DNA of 21,839 bases from a virus. Its lineage: Duplodnaviria; Heunggongvirae; Uroviricota; Caudoviricetes. The notes under the pieces are model-generated. The model was not told where the DNA came from and made no database searches. It was given only the letters and a program-made list of their open reading frames with translations. Within the stretch, counting starts at the first letter, position 1; each line of letters starts with the position of its first letter. Positions 1 to 9,136 of this stretch are shown in pieces. Both the position numbers and the translations under genes were made by a program. The stretch is from the IMG/VR virus record IMGVR_UViG_2690316311_000003; one strand, given 5' to 3'.

Positions 1-104
1 CGGAGCTGACCACCATGTTCTGCTACATCGTCGGTGTGAGCAAATGCCTGCGTGATATCCAGACCCACGCGGAGTACATCAACGACAAGGCAGGGTTCTT
101 CTGA
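1..104 (+). CDS. 3' end of an unidentified CDS entering from the left edge
   Basis: Open frame 3 from the window edge to TGA at 102-104 (…AEYINDKAGFF*), GC-rich; followed by a weak hairpin at 112-127 and an A/T tract. Confidence 0.3.
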   Translation, partial: ELTTMFCYIVGVSKCLRDIQTHAEYINDKAGFF

Positions 105-147
105 CGGCGGCGGCACAGGGACGTGCCTTTAAATAATTCTGTACAGA

Positions 148-176
148 TTGCAGACTGGGGGTGAATAGCGTACTAT
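148..176 (+). promoter_or_regulatory. Putative sigma70 promoter for the 210-aa accessory gene
   Basis: TTGCAG (148-153), 17-nt spacer, TACTAT (171-176); lies about 75 nt upstream of the SD GGGAGGA (239-245) and ATG at 250. Confidence 0.4.
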
Positions 177-249
177 TACCTCAAGGGTAAGAAAGCATTT
201 TTAATCTTCCCTTCAAAACGCGTCCTGTAGCCAAACATGGGAGGACGAA

Positions 250-882
250 ATGAGAACAAATACAACAAGAAAAGCGATGCCATACATTATCCCAGAAGCA
301 GATTTCGATAGAAAACTGAACATGTCTGAGAAGAACACTAGTCACACCGAAAGCTACTTAGCGAAAGGTGTGGTTGATTTCGTTCTTCCGGGATTCACAA
401 CACCTTATGGTTATCGCCTTGTAAAATCTTGTAATGGCGATCATTACAGAATGATTACTACCAGCGATACTCCAGAAACGGTGTATGCGGTTAAGTTAAT
501 CTTTCGGGAAGATATCGTCGAAGCCAAAAGAACATGTACGCAGATCATGGTATGGCGTACGCCTAATGTTATTCATGACCGTGCTGTTCATGGTTTGCCT
601 CAGATTTTTTTTCAGTTCTTCCTAGAGCAATATGCGATCGTTGTATCTGATGAGCAACAAACAATCGATGGGAGAAGATTCTGGGAAAGAATGATTTCTT
701 GGGCTATAAACACCCCGGGATATAATGTATACGTTTCAGATGGCTCTGAAGAAGATAGACCTCTTAGCTTCATGACATCATGGGATGATTTCTATAGCCA
801 GTGGGCTGATTTCTGTTGGGGCAGTGATAAAGATGTGCATACCCACAGACTACTGGTTATAAGCAAAGATAAACTGCATTAA
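250..882 (+). CDS. Hypothetical 210-aa cytoplasmic protein; AT-rich accessory (moron) gene of unknown function
   Basis: ATG start with strong SD, about 40% GC against about 52% in neighbouring phage genes, 10 of 14 Arg codons are AGA, own promoter-like element and terminator, opposite strand to the structural operon. No motif recognised. Confidence 0.8.
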   Translation: MRTNTTRKAMPYIIPEADFDRKLNMSEKNTSHTESYLAKGVVDFVLPGFTTPYGYRLVKSCNGDHYRMITTSDTPETVYAVKLIFREDIVEAKRTCTQIMVWRTPNVIHDRAVHGLPQIFFQFFLEQYAIVVSDEQQTIDGRRFWERMISWAINTPGYNVYVSDGSEEDRPLSFMTSWDDFYSQWADFCWGSDKDVHTHRLLVISKDKLH

Positions 883-885
883 TAG

Positions 886-908
886 AAGCCCGCAGCGCGG
901 GCTTTTTT
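886..908 (+). terminator. Rho-independent terminator
   Basis: Stem AGCCCGC (887-893) / GCGGGCT (897-903) with a 3-nt loop, then a T-run to 908, starting 4 nt after the stop at 880-882. Confidence 0.75.
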
Positions 909-980
909 GTGGACGAAACAAAAGTCAGTGCTACACTCATTGACGCCACATTGAGGTGGCTTATAGATGGAAATTTCACA

Positions 981-1142
981 ATGAAAAAAGCATTTGCTGC
1001 ACTGTTCGTTTTGTTGTCTCTGGTAGCTTCAACTCAGGCCTTTGCCGGTCGTTGTCAGCACGACAGCGATACTGCCGCTGACGGCTCCCGCTGCGGTGGG
1101 CGTTCTGCGGATTCCCGCCCGGGCGGCGGTGGCATTCGTTAA
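981..1142 (+). CDS. Small secreted peptide precursor (53 aa): Sec-type signal peptide, then a 31-aa Gly-rich mature peptide with two Cys
   Basis: MKK + hydrophobic core + AFA|G cleavage motif; mature GRCQHDSDTAADGSRCGGRSADSRPGGGGIR. The ORF track's GTG start at 909 would place the signal peptide internally, so ATG 981 is preferred. GC-rich, unlike the adjacent 210-aa gene. Confidence 0.55.
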   Translation: MKKAFAALFVLLSLVASTQAFAGRCQHDSDTAADGSRCGGRSADSRPGGGGIR

Positions 1143-1164
1143 AAACAAGGCCGCGAAAGCGGCC
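1141..1164 (-). terminator. Rho-independent terminator ending the minus-strand structural operon
   Basis: Hairpin GGCCGC-GAAA-GCGGCC (1149-1164); on the minus strand it is followed by TTGTTTTT. Plus-strand side is not T-rich, so it is mainly unidirectional. Confidence 0.65.
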
Positions 1165-1165
1165 T

Positions 1166-1177
1166 GTGACATGTCAC
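1166..1177. repeat. Perfect 12-bp palindrome GTGACATGTCAC (copy 1)
   Basis: Lies between the stop of the 46-aa ORF and the terminator hairpin. Identical copy at 20657-20668; one-mismatch copies at 18392-18403 and 15353-15364. Confidence 0.6.
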
Positions 1178-1184
1178 GCTCACG

Positions 1185-1325
1185 TTATGACAAGCCTATG
1201 TACCCTGCTACACCAGATAATATCAAAATAACTGCAACAGCAAATTCGCCATCGTCAATGATACATTTGCGGTTCATAACGCCAAGTGCAACAAGCGCAA
1301 ACACAACAAGAATAAAAGCAATCAT
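1185..1325 (-). CDS. Small hydrophobic membrane protein (46 aa, two predicted TM helices), not in the ORF track
   Basis: Hand translation: MIAFILVVFALVALGVMNRKCIIDDGEFAVAVILILSGVAGYIGLS*. SD AAGGA 6 nt upstream of ATG, starts 10 nt after the stop of the 824-aa gene, followed by the operon terminator. Confidence 0.5.
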   Translation of the reverse strand: MIAFILVVFALVALGVMNRKCIIDDGEFAVAVILILSGVAGYIGLS

Positions 1326-1334
1326 TTCTCATCC

Positions 1335-3809
1335 TTATTGCGGAGTGACATCCTGTGGTCGCCACCAGTATGTCTGGTTAAACTCTTTCTTCGAACGTTG
1401 CTCCATTTTACGCAAATAACCTGGTGAAAAATACTCCTGCATCTGGTTAAAGATCATGTGATCGAGAGCCGCCTTTAAGTACCAGAGATTCGCACCAGGC
1501 ATCAAACCTTTCCCCAGCTTCACCAGATCACCACCAGTCTGCTCACTCTTCCCTTCCACAGCATTTAACGGTATGCCCTGAGCAATCTTCACTACGTCAT
1601 CAACCAGACCAGCTACCGGGCCAAGCATCGACGCCAGCGCGCCGCTTCCGTACCTAGTGTGATCTGACAATAAAAAGTCACCGTAAAGGCCAAGACCACC
1701 ACCTTTCAGTAGAGCACCAAGCCAGAATTTTGCGGCATCTTCTCCTGTCATCTCTCGAGGATTACGACCAGACGCAAGGTCGTTAAGTTGCTGCGACAAA
1801 GCGCCAAGAATGGTCGTACTGGCAATAAACGTCGCAATATATGCCGCACGCCCACCAGCAGACGGCATACCCATAGCGCGTGACCAGTGACGCATAACAA
1901 CCGAGATAGGGAACGATTTAAACAGGAAAACACTTCTCGTTAATTCACCTTTCCATGTTCCACGCTGAATACCAGAACCGGTTATCAGTTGCTCACGTGC
2001 TCCCGGTGTAATAACAGCCATATCAACTTCTTCAGTTACGGCACCGAGCAGTTTACGCATTGCCTCAAATTTCACGCGTTCAGGCTCACCAAGATGTTTA
2101 ACTGCTGAATCAGGGATACGCATAATGCTTTCCGGTGTCAGCATCGTATTATTACCGTTCCCCCAGTCCTCCTGTTGCGCCAGCTTCCATACGCTCCAGT
2201 CTGTGTCAGTAATCCCTTTACTTTTCAGGATACGAAAATCAGAGTCATCGAGGCTACGAAGGTCTGGTGTCCGTGACACTACTTCTCCCAGGCTTCCCAT
2301 CATGGTTACGCCATAGGCGCGCTTGTGCGCATCTGACCATGCTGTAAGCCCACTGGCACGCATTACCGCCGTTGCCGCCCAACGAGACACAGACGGCCCC
2401 ATATTATCCATCGCCCAGCGGTTAACGCTGCCAAGTAGAGATTCCATCGCCAGGCCAGCGCGGCGCGCCCGCGCAAGCTCAGTACGGTTCGTTGGGTCCA
2501 TAGCTTCAAGCTGGTTGCGAAATAACTGGTTCATTGGAAGGTTGGTAACCTTCGCAGACAGATACATGGTTCCAAGATCAGAGAACGATGACAGCAACGC
2601 GGATCCGAGTCTGCTGGCAACCAGCCAGTTGCGGATATTGTCAGACCATCGCGCGATGTGCGGATTCGCTACAGGCTGTGTTTTTCCGGAAATAAAGTTG
2701 TACAAGTTCTCTGTTTTGTTCGCCAGACGCTCGACGCTACCGGTTTTACTCGGGTTAGCTGTTGCCGTTTCTGCCTTAACCTGATCAAGAAGAGAGCGGA
2801 AAACATGATCGGGGTTTGGGCCATATGTTTCCACCAGCGCAATATCTTTACTGATACCTTCCAGGTGACCGACCATGATTTCCCATAGAGAGCGATCGCC
2901 ATAAAGTTGCTGATATTGCAGATAGGAATCTGCATCTTTGAAATGTATCTGTCGTGATGCATTACCACGGTTAGCACGTACGCCGGAAATTCGCATTCCG
3001 GTATCAGTAAGCTTATTCAGCCCACCAGTAGCGATCGTGTTATAAGCCTCTCCAAGAAATGCAGACAACTCGGCATCGTTCATCAGTTGTCCATCGGCTC
3101 GGGTATAATATTTGCGATCCAGCTTACCTATAACATCGCTAACCCATTTATCTTTTGATACCGCCCCAACCTTTTCCATAGAATGATGTTGAGGGATCCC
3201 CCAGTTTTCGAGATAGCCAATGTCCCCACCAGCATCATTAAACCGGCGGCGCAGTAGATCTGTCACTTCTCTCCACGCCTTAGCACCTTTTCTTGCTTTA
3301 GCATTGCCAGTATTTTGCCCTCGCATTTCATATACCAGGTCACGCACGCCCGCTTCATCTTCAAACAGGCCAAAAAAGCGAGGATCAACTGCTTCAAATG
3401 CCTCCTGCAATTGACTCAATGCATAATCACGAGTGGCTTTTGTTCTGGATTCAACAGAGAGGAAATTCGATTTACCGTCTGCATTAAAAGCAATAGTACG
3501 GTTAAGAGCGCCAAGTTTCCCATCAGCCCCTTGATAGCTATTGATAAATTTATCCAATCTCTGACGTGCGGCTATAGTGAGGGCCACACGACGTTTCTTT
3601 AATGCCGCTTCTCGCTGTAATTCTTCAGATGCCAATTGTGCTGCACGATACAACCGTTCTGATTCGGAAAGTTGTCGCCACGACATCGGGTCATCACGAG
3701 CAATGGAGCGCATATTTCGATAAATGCGGTCTTCAATGTTCTGTATTTCTCGCGCCGTTAACGTGCGCTGCGCCGCCTGCTGGACCGCTTGTATACATTC
3801 CTGTCTCAT
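1335..3809 (-). CDS. Internal virion / ejection protein (824 aa); C-terminal hydrophobic region resembles the C-terminus of T7 gp16
   Basis: Long ORF with SD GAGAGG; helical, FKSF-containing hydrophobic C-terminal segments; last large gene of the structural operon. Confidence 0.8.
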   Translation of the reverse strand: MRQECIQAVQQAAQRTLTAREIQNIEDRIYRNMRSIARDDPMSWRQLSESERLYRAAQLASEELQREAALKKRRVALTIAARQRLDKFINSYQGADGKLGALNRTIAFNADGKSNFLSVESRTKATRDYALSQLQEAFEAVDPRFFGLFEDEAGVRDLVYEMRGQNTGNAKARKGAKAWREVTDLLRRRFNDAGGDIGYLENWGIPQHHSMEKVGAVSKDKWVSDVIGKLDRKYYTRADGQLMNDAELSAFLGEAYNTIATGGLNKLTDTGMRISGVRANRGNASRQIHFKDADSYLQYQQLYGDRSLWEIMVGHLEGISKDIALVETYGPNPDHVFRSLLDQVKAETATANPSKTGSVERLANKTENLYNFISGKTQPVANPHIARWSDNIRNWLVASRLGSALLSSFSDLGTMYLSAKVTNLPMNQLFRNQLEAMDPTNRTELARARRAGLAMESLLGSVNRWAMDNMGPSVSRWAATAVMRASGLTAWSDAHKRAYGVTMMGSLGEVVSRTPDLRSLDDSDFRILKSKGITDTDWSVWKLAQQEDWGNGNNTMLTPESIMRIPDSAVKHLGEPERVKFEAMRKLLGAVTEEVDMAVITPGAREQLITGSGIQRGTWKGELTRSVFLFKSFPISVVMRHWSRAMGMPSAGGRAAYIATFIASTTILGALSQQLNDLASGRNPREMTGEDAAKFWLGALLKGGGLGLYGDFLLSDHTRYGSGALASMLGPVAGLVDDVVKIAQGIPLNAVEGKSEQTGGDLVKLGKGLMPGANLWYLKAALDHMIFNQMQEYFSPGYLRKMEQRSKKEFNQTYWWRPQDVTPQ

Positions 3810-3814
3810 TTAAT

Positions 3815-5617
3815 TTAACCTCTCAAGAAACACGCCACAGCAACATCAAACAGGCTGGAATCCTGTATTGCCTGCTCACTTTCCCTGTTCGCTTCATCCA
3901 GTACTTCACGCGCACTGCGCGATTGTGGATTACCATCATCATCCAGCACGGTGATTATCATGTCCGGAGATTCAAGCAGCGAGTCTTCAGCTATACGCAG
4001 ATCAATATCTCCTGCCGGATCTGCCATCATTTTTTGTTCTGTCTGTTGCAATATCTTACCGGGCTCAAAAGGAGCTACTTCGTCTGGCGTCCTGACCTCT
4101 GCTGTTTTATAGAATGAAACAGCCTGAGCATTAAGTTCACTTTCTGCCTGCTGTCTCCGAGCCAGTTCTGCTCGAGCTTCAAAAAACTGACCGCCAGGCT
4201 CATGCGGTGCCAACGCGTTACGAGAAAATTCCAGGCGTTCTTGTGCCTGCCGGATTCGTTGGTCAATATCGCGAAGTCTGGCCTGTTTATCTGATCGAGC
4301 ACGAGACAAAGCTTTACCGCTACCGGTTGGCTCTTCTGCAAGAATTTGTGCACGCTGTTCAGTGAGATTTTCAATAATTCGTTGGCTATTAGCGATTTCA
4401 GACTGGTAAACCTGTCTATCTCCACGCGGCAAAAGCTGCGCGGCCTGTTCTTCAAGCAACCGATTTTCTATAGCGCGCGCCGTTACTCCATCATCTACAG
4501 ATGACAGAGCCTCATTAACTGCCTGAGACAGCAGACTCTTGCGCCCAGGAATTTCACTGAAAGATGCAGACTCAACAATGCTGGCAACGTCTACAGGTCT
4601 CCCCTGGCTAACATCAGACATAGCTTTTCGCAGAGCCTGAATGTGAGAATTGCGCGAAAGCACGTTGATCGGCACGCCGGGAGAAATATCAATTTCAGCA
4701 TGATGAGCGGCATTCGCCGCCAGTGCCGCATCGACATCAACTGGTGAAAAATTGGGGGTGCTTGTAGCCTCACCGCGAGAGTTAATAAATCTGCCGACAC
4801 CACCAAACGCCACCCCAAGAACAGCATCAATAGCGATTGCCTGTCGATCCAACACATCATACTGGTTAGCCATTTCGCTATAGCCACCATCACGAAGCGT
4901 TTTTGCAGTAAGCCCACGCTGTGCCATACCGAACGCAATATTTGTACCTGCGGCATAGGCAATATCTGGCGTTGCACGTACTGCTGTTGCTGCGGCGCGT
5001 CGCACTGAACTTTCACCCGTCCGCGCAAGCTGAGCCGCCACACCTTCCGCCAGCGCACCACCAGCACGTAACCCGAGGCTCATAGGGATCAGTGTTCCGG
5101 CACCAGCAGTAATACCCTGCACTAATCCCGCTTCCTGCGCCGTCCTGAAATCAACACCCTGTGCTGTCAGCCGTTCAAACTCAGAAAAACCCTGTAGCGA
5201 AGTTACCGCCGCAGCACCTCCGACCGGACCACCGAGCGTTGTACCGATAACAGCCTGCCCGCCCATATCGAACAACCCATAAAGAACCTGCCCGGCGGTT
5301 CCGGTTGTCGCGGCATCAGGCGTCAGCCGCTTAACCTGCTGCTCTGCTAGTTTTCTCTGCTCGGCAATGTATGAAACTGAAGTGTCATTGAGCGAGGTGT
5401 TTTCGTTAACAAACTGAGCAATCGGGGATACGATTTTATCCATCCCTGCCCAGAGCAACTGATCTGGCTTTGCCACCAGCCCGGAGTACAAACCAGACAA
5501 TGCCGCTCCTACAGCATTGTCGAAAAAACCAACATCGCTGTTAAAGCCAACTGGATTTGATGCTGCTTCGTCAAGCTGCTGATTCTGGTTTACTGGATTA
5601 AGGCCAAAGTAACTCAT
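3815..5617 (-). CDS. Internal virion protein (600 aa), Gly/Ala-rich central region
   Basis: ATGA start/stop overlap with the upstream gene; Gly/Ala-rich segments typical of podovirus core proteins. Confidence 0.8.
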   Translation of the reverse strand: MSYFGLNPVNQNQQLDEAASNPVGFNSDVGFFDNAVGAALSGLYSGLVAKPDQLLWAGMDKIVSPIAQFVNENTSLNDTSVSYIAEQRKLAEQQVKRLTPDAATTGTAGQVLYGLFDMGGQAVIGTTLGGPVGGAAAVTSLQGFSEFERLTAQGVDFRTAQEAGLVQGITAGAGTLIPMSLGLRAGGALAEGVAAQLARTGESSVRRAAATAVRATPDIAYAAGTNIAFGMAQRGLTAKTLRDGGYSEMANQYDVLDRQAIAIDAVLGVAFGGVGRFINSRGEATSTPNFSPVDVDAALAANAAHHAEIDISPGVPINVLSRNSHIQALRKAMSDVSQGRPVDVASIVESASFSEIPGRKSLLSQAVNEALSSVDDGVTARAIENRLLEEQAAQLLPRGDRQVYQSEIANSQRIIENLTEQRAQILAEEPTGSGKALSRARSDKQARLRDIDQRIRQAQERLEFSRNALAPHEPGGQFFEARAELARRQQAESELNAQAVSFYKTAEVRTPDEVAPFEPGKILQQTEQKMMADPAGDIDLRIAEDSLLESPDMIITVLDDDGNPQSRSAREVLDEANRESEQAIQDSSLFDVAVACFLRG

Positions 5618-8127
5618 TGCGGAATATCTCCGGAGAATCTCTGACGCTTCTGTGTCAGATCAAGAACAACGGGAGAACCATCATCTTTTAGCAGATAACC
5701 AGTACCAAGTTTCACCAGGTACTGACTATCGCCGTAACTTTGCAAACCATACTGACCAGGCGGTGTTTTTATCCCTGTGCCAACAACTTGTTCATTCCAA
5801 GCCTGATTAACCTGCTTATCGAATTGCTCTGCAGACATTCCCCACGGCAAAAGAACATTCCCCATTCCGTTATAGTCATGCACGCCACCTGTAGCTACGT
5901 TAACAGCCTGTTTCCAGATATCATTGTCAATTTCGCCTGATACCACGCCTTTTTTCGCCATCACACCAGCGTAATAGTCCTTTGCGATCTCGTATGCCAT
6001 TGATGCCCCCTGAGCATCACCAGCAAATGCATCCTTCACCATGTCAGAAAACTCAAGGCGAAGATCAGCATCTTTAGGCATCGGAATACCTTTCGCGTCA
6101 TCAGTACCTTTACGAGCCGCCGCGCCAGCAAGAATTGTCTGCGCAGCGGTTTCTGGAGACACGGAAACATCCGGATTAAACCAGTTTTTTTCTGCCAAAA
6201 TACCACCTGGCTTATCCATCAGTATCCCGGCAACGGCAGCAGATGGAGCGTTGGCACTGATCTGCTGTAGTGCTGACATATACACCTGCCCACCACCAGT
6301 GCTCTGCCTGATGGTATCGAGATATGCTGCCTGTTGGGAAACGGGCGCATCACGAAAGAAAACACCGATCTGATTGGCCTCGTCTTTGGAAAAGAACGTC
6401 AGTGGAGTGCCATATGACTTAGCAAGGTCACTGACCTGAGCAGCACGCAAGGCAACGCTCTGTCCAAAGTTATCCTTATTGCTCATGTCGATAGGCTTTG
6501 CCTGTCCGGCGGCAAGAGAGAACTGTACAGGATCAGCCTGTCGCTGCTTTATCACCTGACTTGCAGCCGACACAACGTTGTCATAAAGAGCGGCTCGTGC
6601 CGCATAACCCTCCCCTGTCTCACCAGTATCCGGGCGTAATTGCTCAACATATGCTGTAATGCTGCTTGTCGGCATGTTGCGGAAAGAGCCTATATACTGT
6701 CCGGCGATTTGCGTATTTCTGAACTCGGTATATCGCAGGTTTCCTTCTCTTACTCCATAAGCTGCAATAAAATCAGCCTCACCAGGTGGGTTAGGAAATT
6801 CAACGCCACGCATATACGCAGCTGTCGCATCGCGAACCTGGCTGTCAATCATCGTTTTATATTCAGCCTGCTGCTGCCGACGCAGTTGATCCGCCTGTCG
6901 CATAAAACTTGCCTGCGCCTCAGGAGATGCCGCATCGAATGCTGCATTACCGGTATAGCGTTTGGTGTTGGTTGGAATTGTTGATAAACCAAGTGCTGCA
7001 CTGACACCAGCAGTTAACTGCTGATCACTGTATGGCTGGCTACCGTTCTCATGATGGATAATGGCTGCACAAAGCGCCTTCAGGGTATCAGGATTAGATG
7101 CATCGAGAGGCTCATCAGCAGAAACGCCAAGTTGTTCGCACACTGCTTTGATATACGACATAGTGTCATTTTTATCAGCAGGCGGTGCCCAGCGATTAAT
7201 TATCTCGCTGACGGTATCAATACCCTGCCTCTGATACGACATCAGGTTCCGCCCTAATGCACGAATCCCGTGTTCAGGTGTTTCGAATTTAGCAAATCGA
7301 CCATCATCACCGGTCTGGCCTACCCACGGATTAGTTTTGCTGTATTCGAGATTTCCTGGGTTATTGTTGCGTATGCCACGGGCACGCTCGGAAGAGTCAC
7401 TATCTGCTACAGCACGGCGAGCTCCAGCAGCAGTATCACTTAACTCGCCATTACTTTGGATGAATGCGGTCGCATTGTTTGCCGACCACTGGGACAATGC
7501 AGCATCAGCAACCTTCTCTTTAAACTCGATTTTCTTGGCATGGATTTGCTCGTTGCTCCAGCCATGTGCAACACCGTACTCCTCAATTTGCTGGAAAGTT
7601 TGCTTGTTAGCCAATACGTATGCGGCGTTGTCGCCATACAATGCTGCGGCATTTTTACCATTGTTCAGCAGTGTCGCCTGAAACTGGCCTTCTTCGTAGG
7701 CATTAATTTGCCCTATCTCGTGTCGCCCGGCCTGCGTAGTGAACTGAATGCGCTGCTGCTGCGCCTGCTGCATGAAAGCATTACGAGCCTGTTCATCCGG
7801 CAGCGACATAGCCAGTTGTTCGACCTGAGCATCAAACTGCTGCGTATACTCATGGCCTTTTCCAATAGCATTTTTCCCTTTCAGGTTAAGCAATCCTGTT
7901 TCAGGATTATTCAGCAGATCGCTGCTTATCTGACTGAGGTTAAGAGATGCCTCCTGAGCCAGAGCGATATTGGCACGCTGTTTTGCCTGCCCCAAAACAT
8001 CAATTGCCTCTGTCCCTGCCCGAACAAAAGCATCACCAATACCTTGCTGAGAAAACGTCTGCAAGCCTGCTGACTGAACTCCACGACTCTCAACCTGACG
8101 TCCGGATACTGTTGGTACGACTGGCAT
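5614..8127 (-). CDS. Internal virion protein (838 aa), T7 gp15/gp16-like by position
   Basis: ORF-track start at 8202 overlaps the upstream gene by 75 nt; ATG at 8127 has SD GGAGGA and a TAATG overlap with the upstream stop. Contains the motif RGIRNNNPGNLEY of unknown significance. Confidence 0.8.
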   Translation of the reverse strand: MPVVPTVSGRQVESRGVQSAGLQTFSQQGIGDAFVRAGTEAIDVLGQAKQRANIALAQEASLNLSQISSDLLNNPETGLLNLKGKNAIGKGHEYTQQFDAQVEQLAMSLPDEQARNAFMQQAQQQRIQFTTQAGRHEIGQINAYEEGQFQATLLNNGKNAAALYGDNAAYVLANKQTFQQIEEYGVAHGWSNEQIHAKKIEFKEKVADAALSQWSANNATAFIQSNGELSDTAAGARRAVADSDSSERARGIRNNNPGNLEYSKTNPWVGQTGDDGRFAKFETPEHGIRALGRNLMSYQRQGIDTVSEIINRWAPPADKNDTMSYIKAVCEQLGVSADEPLDASNPDTLKALCAAIIHHENGSQPYSDQQLTAGVSAALGLSTIPTNTKRYTGNAAFDAASPEAQASFMRQADQLRRQQQAEYKTMIDSQVRDATAAYMRGVEFPNPPGEADFIAAYGVREGNLRYTEFRNTQIAGQYIGSFRNMPTSSITAYVEQLRPDTGETGEGYAARAALYDNVVSAASQVIKQRQADPVQFSLAAGQAKPIDMSNKDNFGQSVALRAAQVSDLAKSYGTPLTFFSKDEANQIGVFFRDAPVSQQAAYLDTIRQSTGGGQVYMSALQQISANAPSAAVAGILMDKPGGILAEKNWFNPDVSVSPETAAQTILAGAAARKGTDDAKGIPMPKDADLRLEFSDMVKDAFAGDAQGASMAYEIAKDYYAGVMAKKGVVSGEIDNDIWKQAVNVATGGVHDYNGMGNVLLPWGMSAEQFDKQVNQAWNEQVVGTGIKTPPGQYGLQSYGDSQYLVKLGTGYLLKDDGSPVVLDLTQKRQRFSGDIPQ

Positions 8128-8672
8128 TATAATCCTCCGGGTAATCTGGTTCCTGCTGCTGCCCCGATTGGCGCAGGAGTGCTTTGAGTAAACGGACTCC
8201 ACGTCCCACCAAACATCTGGTACGCACCGTATGCCTTCAGAGGCGCAGTGAGCAATGTTGTTGCTGCTCCCACATTCCCCTGTTTACGGGCTGAACTGGC
8301 TTCTGCTTTATAGTTGGCAGCCTGAACCTGATAACCGTAAGCCTCGCGTTGCGCGTTATTCACCGTCGTCAGCGAATCAAGAGCGCCAAACTGGGCAGTG
8401 TCGCCAAATATATCCAGCGCGTTACCTGTAGATAAATCAGCGCCGGTAGCCCCCATTGTCGCCGCCTGTGTACCAAGCCGCTGTCGGGTCTCTCTGCGTC
8501 GTTGCTCAGCTTCAGCGTTACCTCTGTTTATTGCATCATTTGCCTGAGCTGTGGCTATATCTGCGTTCGCTTCTGCAACCTTCGAGGCATACTTTCCCTG
8601 TTGGTACTGGGTGTATGCCTGAATGCCACTCATGGCGAGCATTGCGCCACCAGCAATAACCGGATCGCACAT
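8127..8672 (-). CDS. Internal virion protein (181 aa), T7 gp14-like by size and position
   Basis: TAATG coupling at both ends; Ala/Gln-rich low-complexity protein. Confidence 0.75.
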   Translation of the reverse strand: MCDPVIAGGAMLAMSGIQAYTQYQQGKYASKVAEANADIATAQANDAINRGNAEAEQRRRETRQRLGTQAATMGATGADLSTGNALDIFGDTAQFGALDSLTTVNNAQREAYGYQVQAANYKAEASSARKQGNVGAATTLLTAPLKAYGAYQMFGGTWSPFTQSTPAPIGAAAGTRLPGGL

Positions 8673-9136
8673 TATTTTCTCTCCATGTGAAATCTGTGGA
8701 AATTAAGACCAAGAGCACCATAAGGCGCGGCTTCTTCAAGCCTGAATCCAAGCCAGTGCAGCCATGCTTTGGCAACATGGTTTCGCTCGTCGACGTAGTT
8801 TTCCAGGCGCGGATAAACTGCCAGCATCTGCTGCAATACAGGGCGGCAGTGGCGAAGAAATGTCTTCTGATATTTTTCAATACGGCTGGTTCCTACCAGC
8901 CAGGGCGTACCATTGCCACCGATCATTGACGCCGGAGATACACCAAACATGGTTACCAGTTCTCCGTTCGCGAACCCTGACCAGGCCATAGTCGCAGTGC
9001 GAAGACCAACACGTAGCGCATCTTCGGTAGTCATCAGTGATACTGCATACAGTTCGTCAATATCAGCCTGACGAACATCCGGCAAAATCATCTGAAGATG
9101 CTCTTCGGTAGCGGGAATAATTTTAACGTCGATCAT
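8672..9136 (-). CDS. Hypothetical virion or assembly protein (154 aa), gp13-like by position
   Basis: ORF-track TTG at 9139 replaced by ATG at 9136 (SD GGGGGA, overlaps TGA of upstream gene). Confidence 0.75.
   Translation of the reverse strand: MIDVKIIPATEEHLQMILPDVRQADIDELYAVSLMTTEDALRVGLRTATMAWSGFANGELVTMFGVSPASMIGGNGTPWLVGTSRIEKYQKTFLRHCRPVLQQMLAVYPRLENYVDERNHVAKAWLHWLGFRLEEAAPYGALGLNFHRFHMERK

Noticed and set aside
909-1142. 77-aa ORF from the ORF track beginning at GTG 909 (MDETKV…)
   Set aside because: The start lies inside the T-tract of the upstream terminator and would bury the signal peptide internally; the ATG at 981 followed by MKK and a hydrophobic core is the more plausible start.
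1042-1419. 125-aa plus-strand ORF spanning the terminator and the 3' end of the 824-aa gene
   Set aside because: It crosses an intrinsic terminator, is antisense to well-supported genes, and its composition (Ala/Thr/Ser/Pro runs) looks like an out-of-frame translation.
2323-2784. Plus-strand ORFs antisense to the large minus-strand structural genes (e.g. 2323-2784, 3602-4117, 6041-6373, 7456-8073, 10474-10863, 11164-11853, 11673-12500, 14407-14988, 15539-16276, 18973-19446, 19214-19720)
   Set aside because: They are embedded antisense in long, coherent, translationally coupled phage genes, lack SD sequences, and have Arg/Cys/His/Ser-rich compositions typical of shadow ORFs in GC-rich coding DNA.
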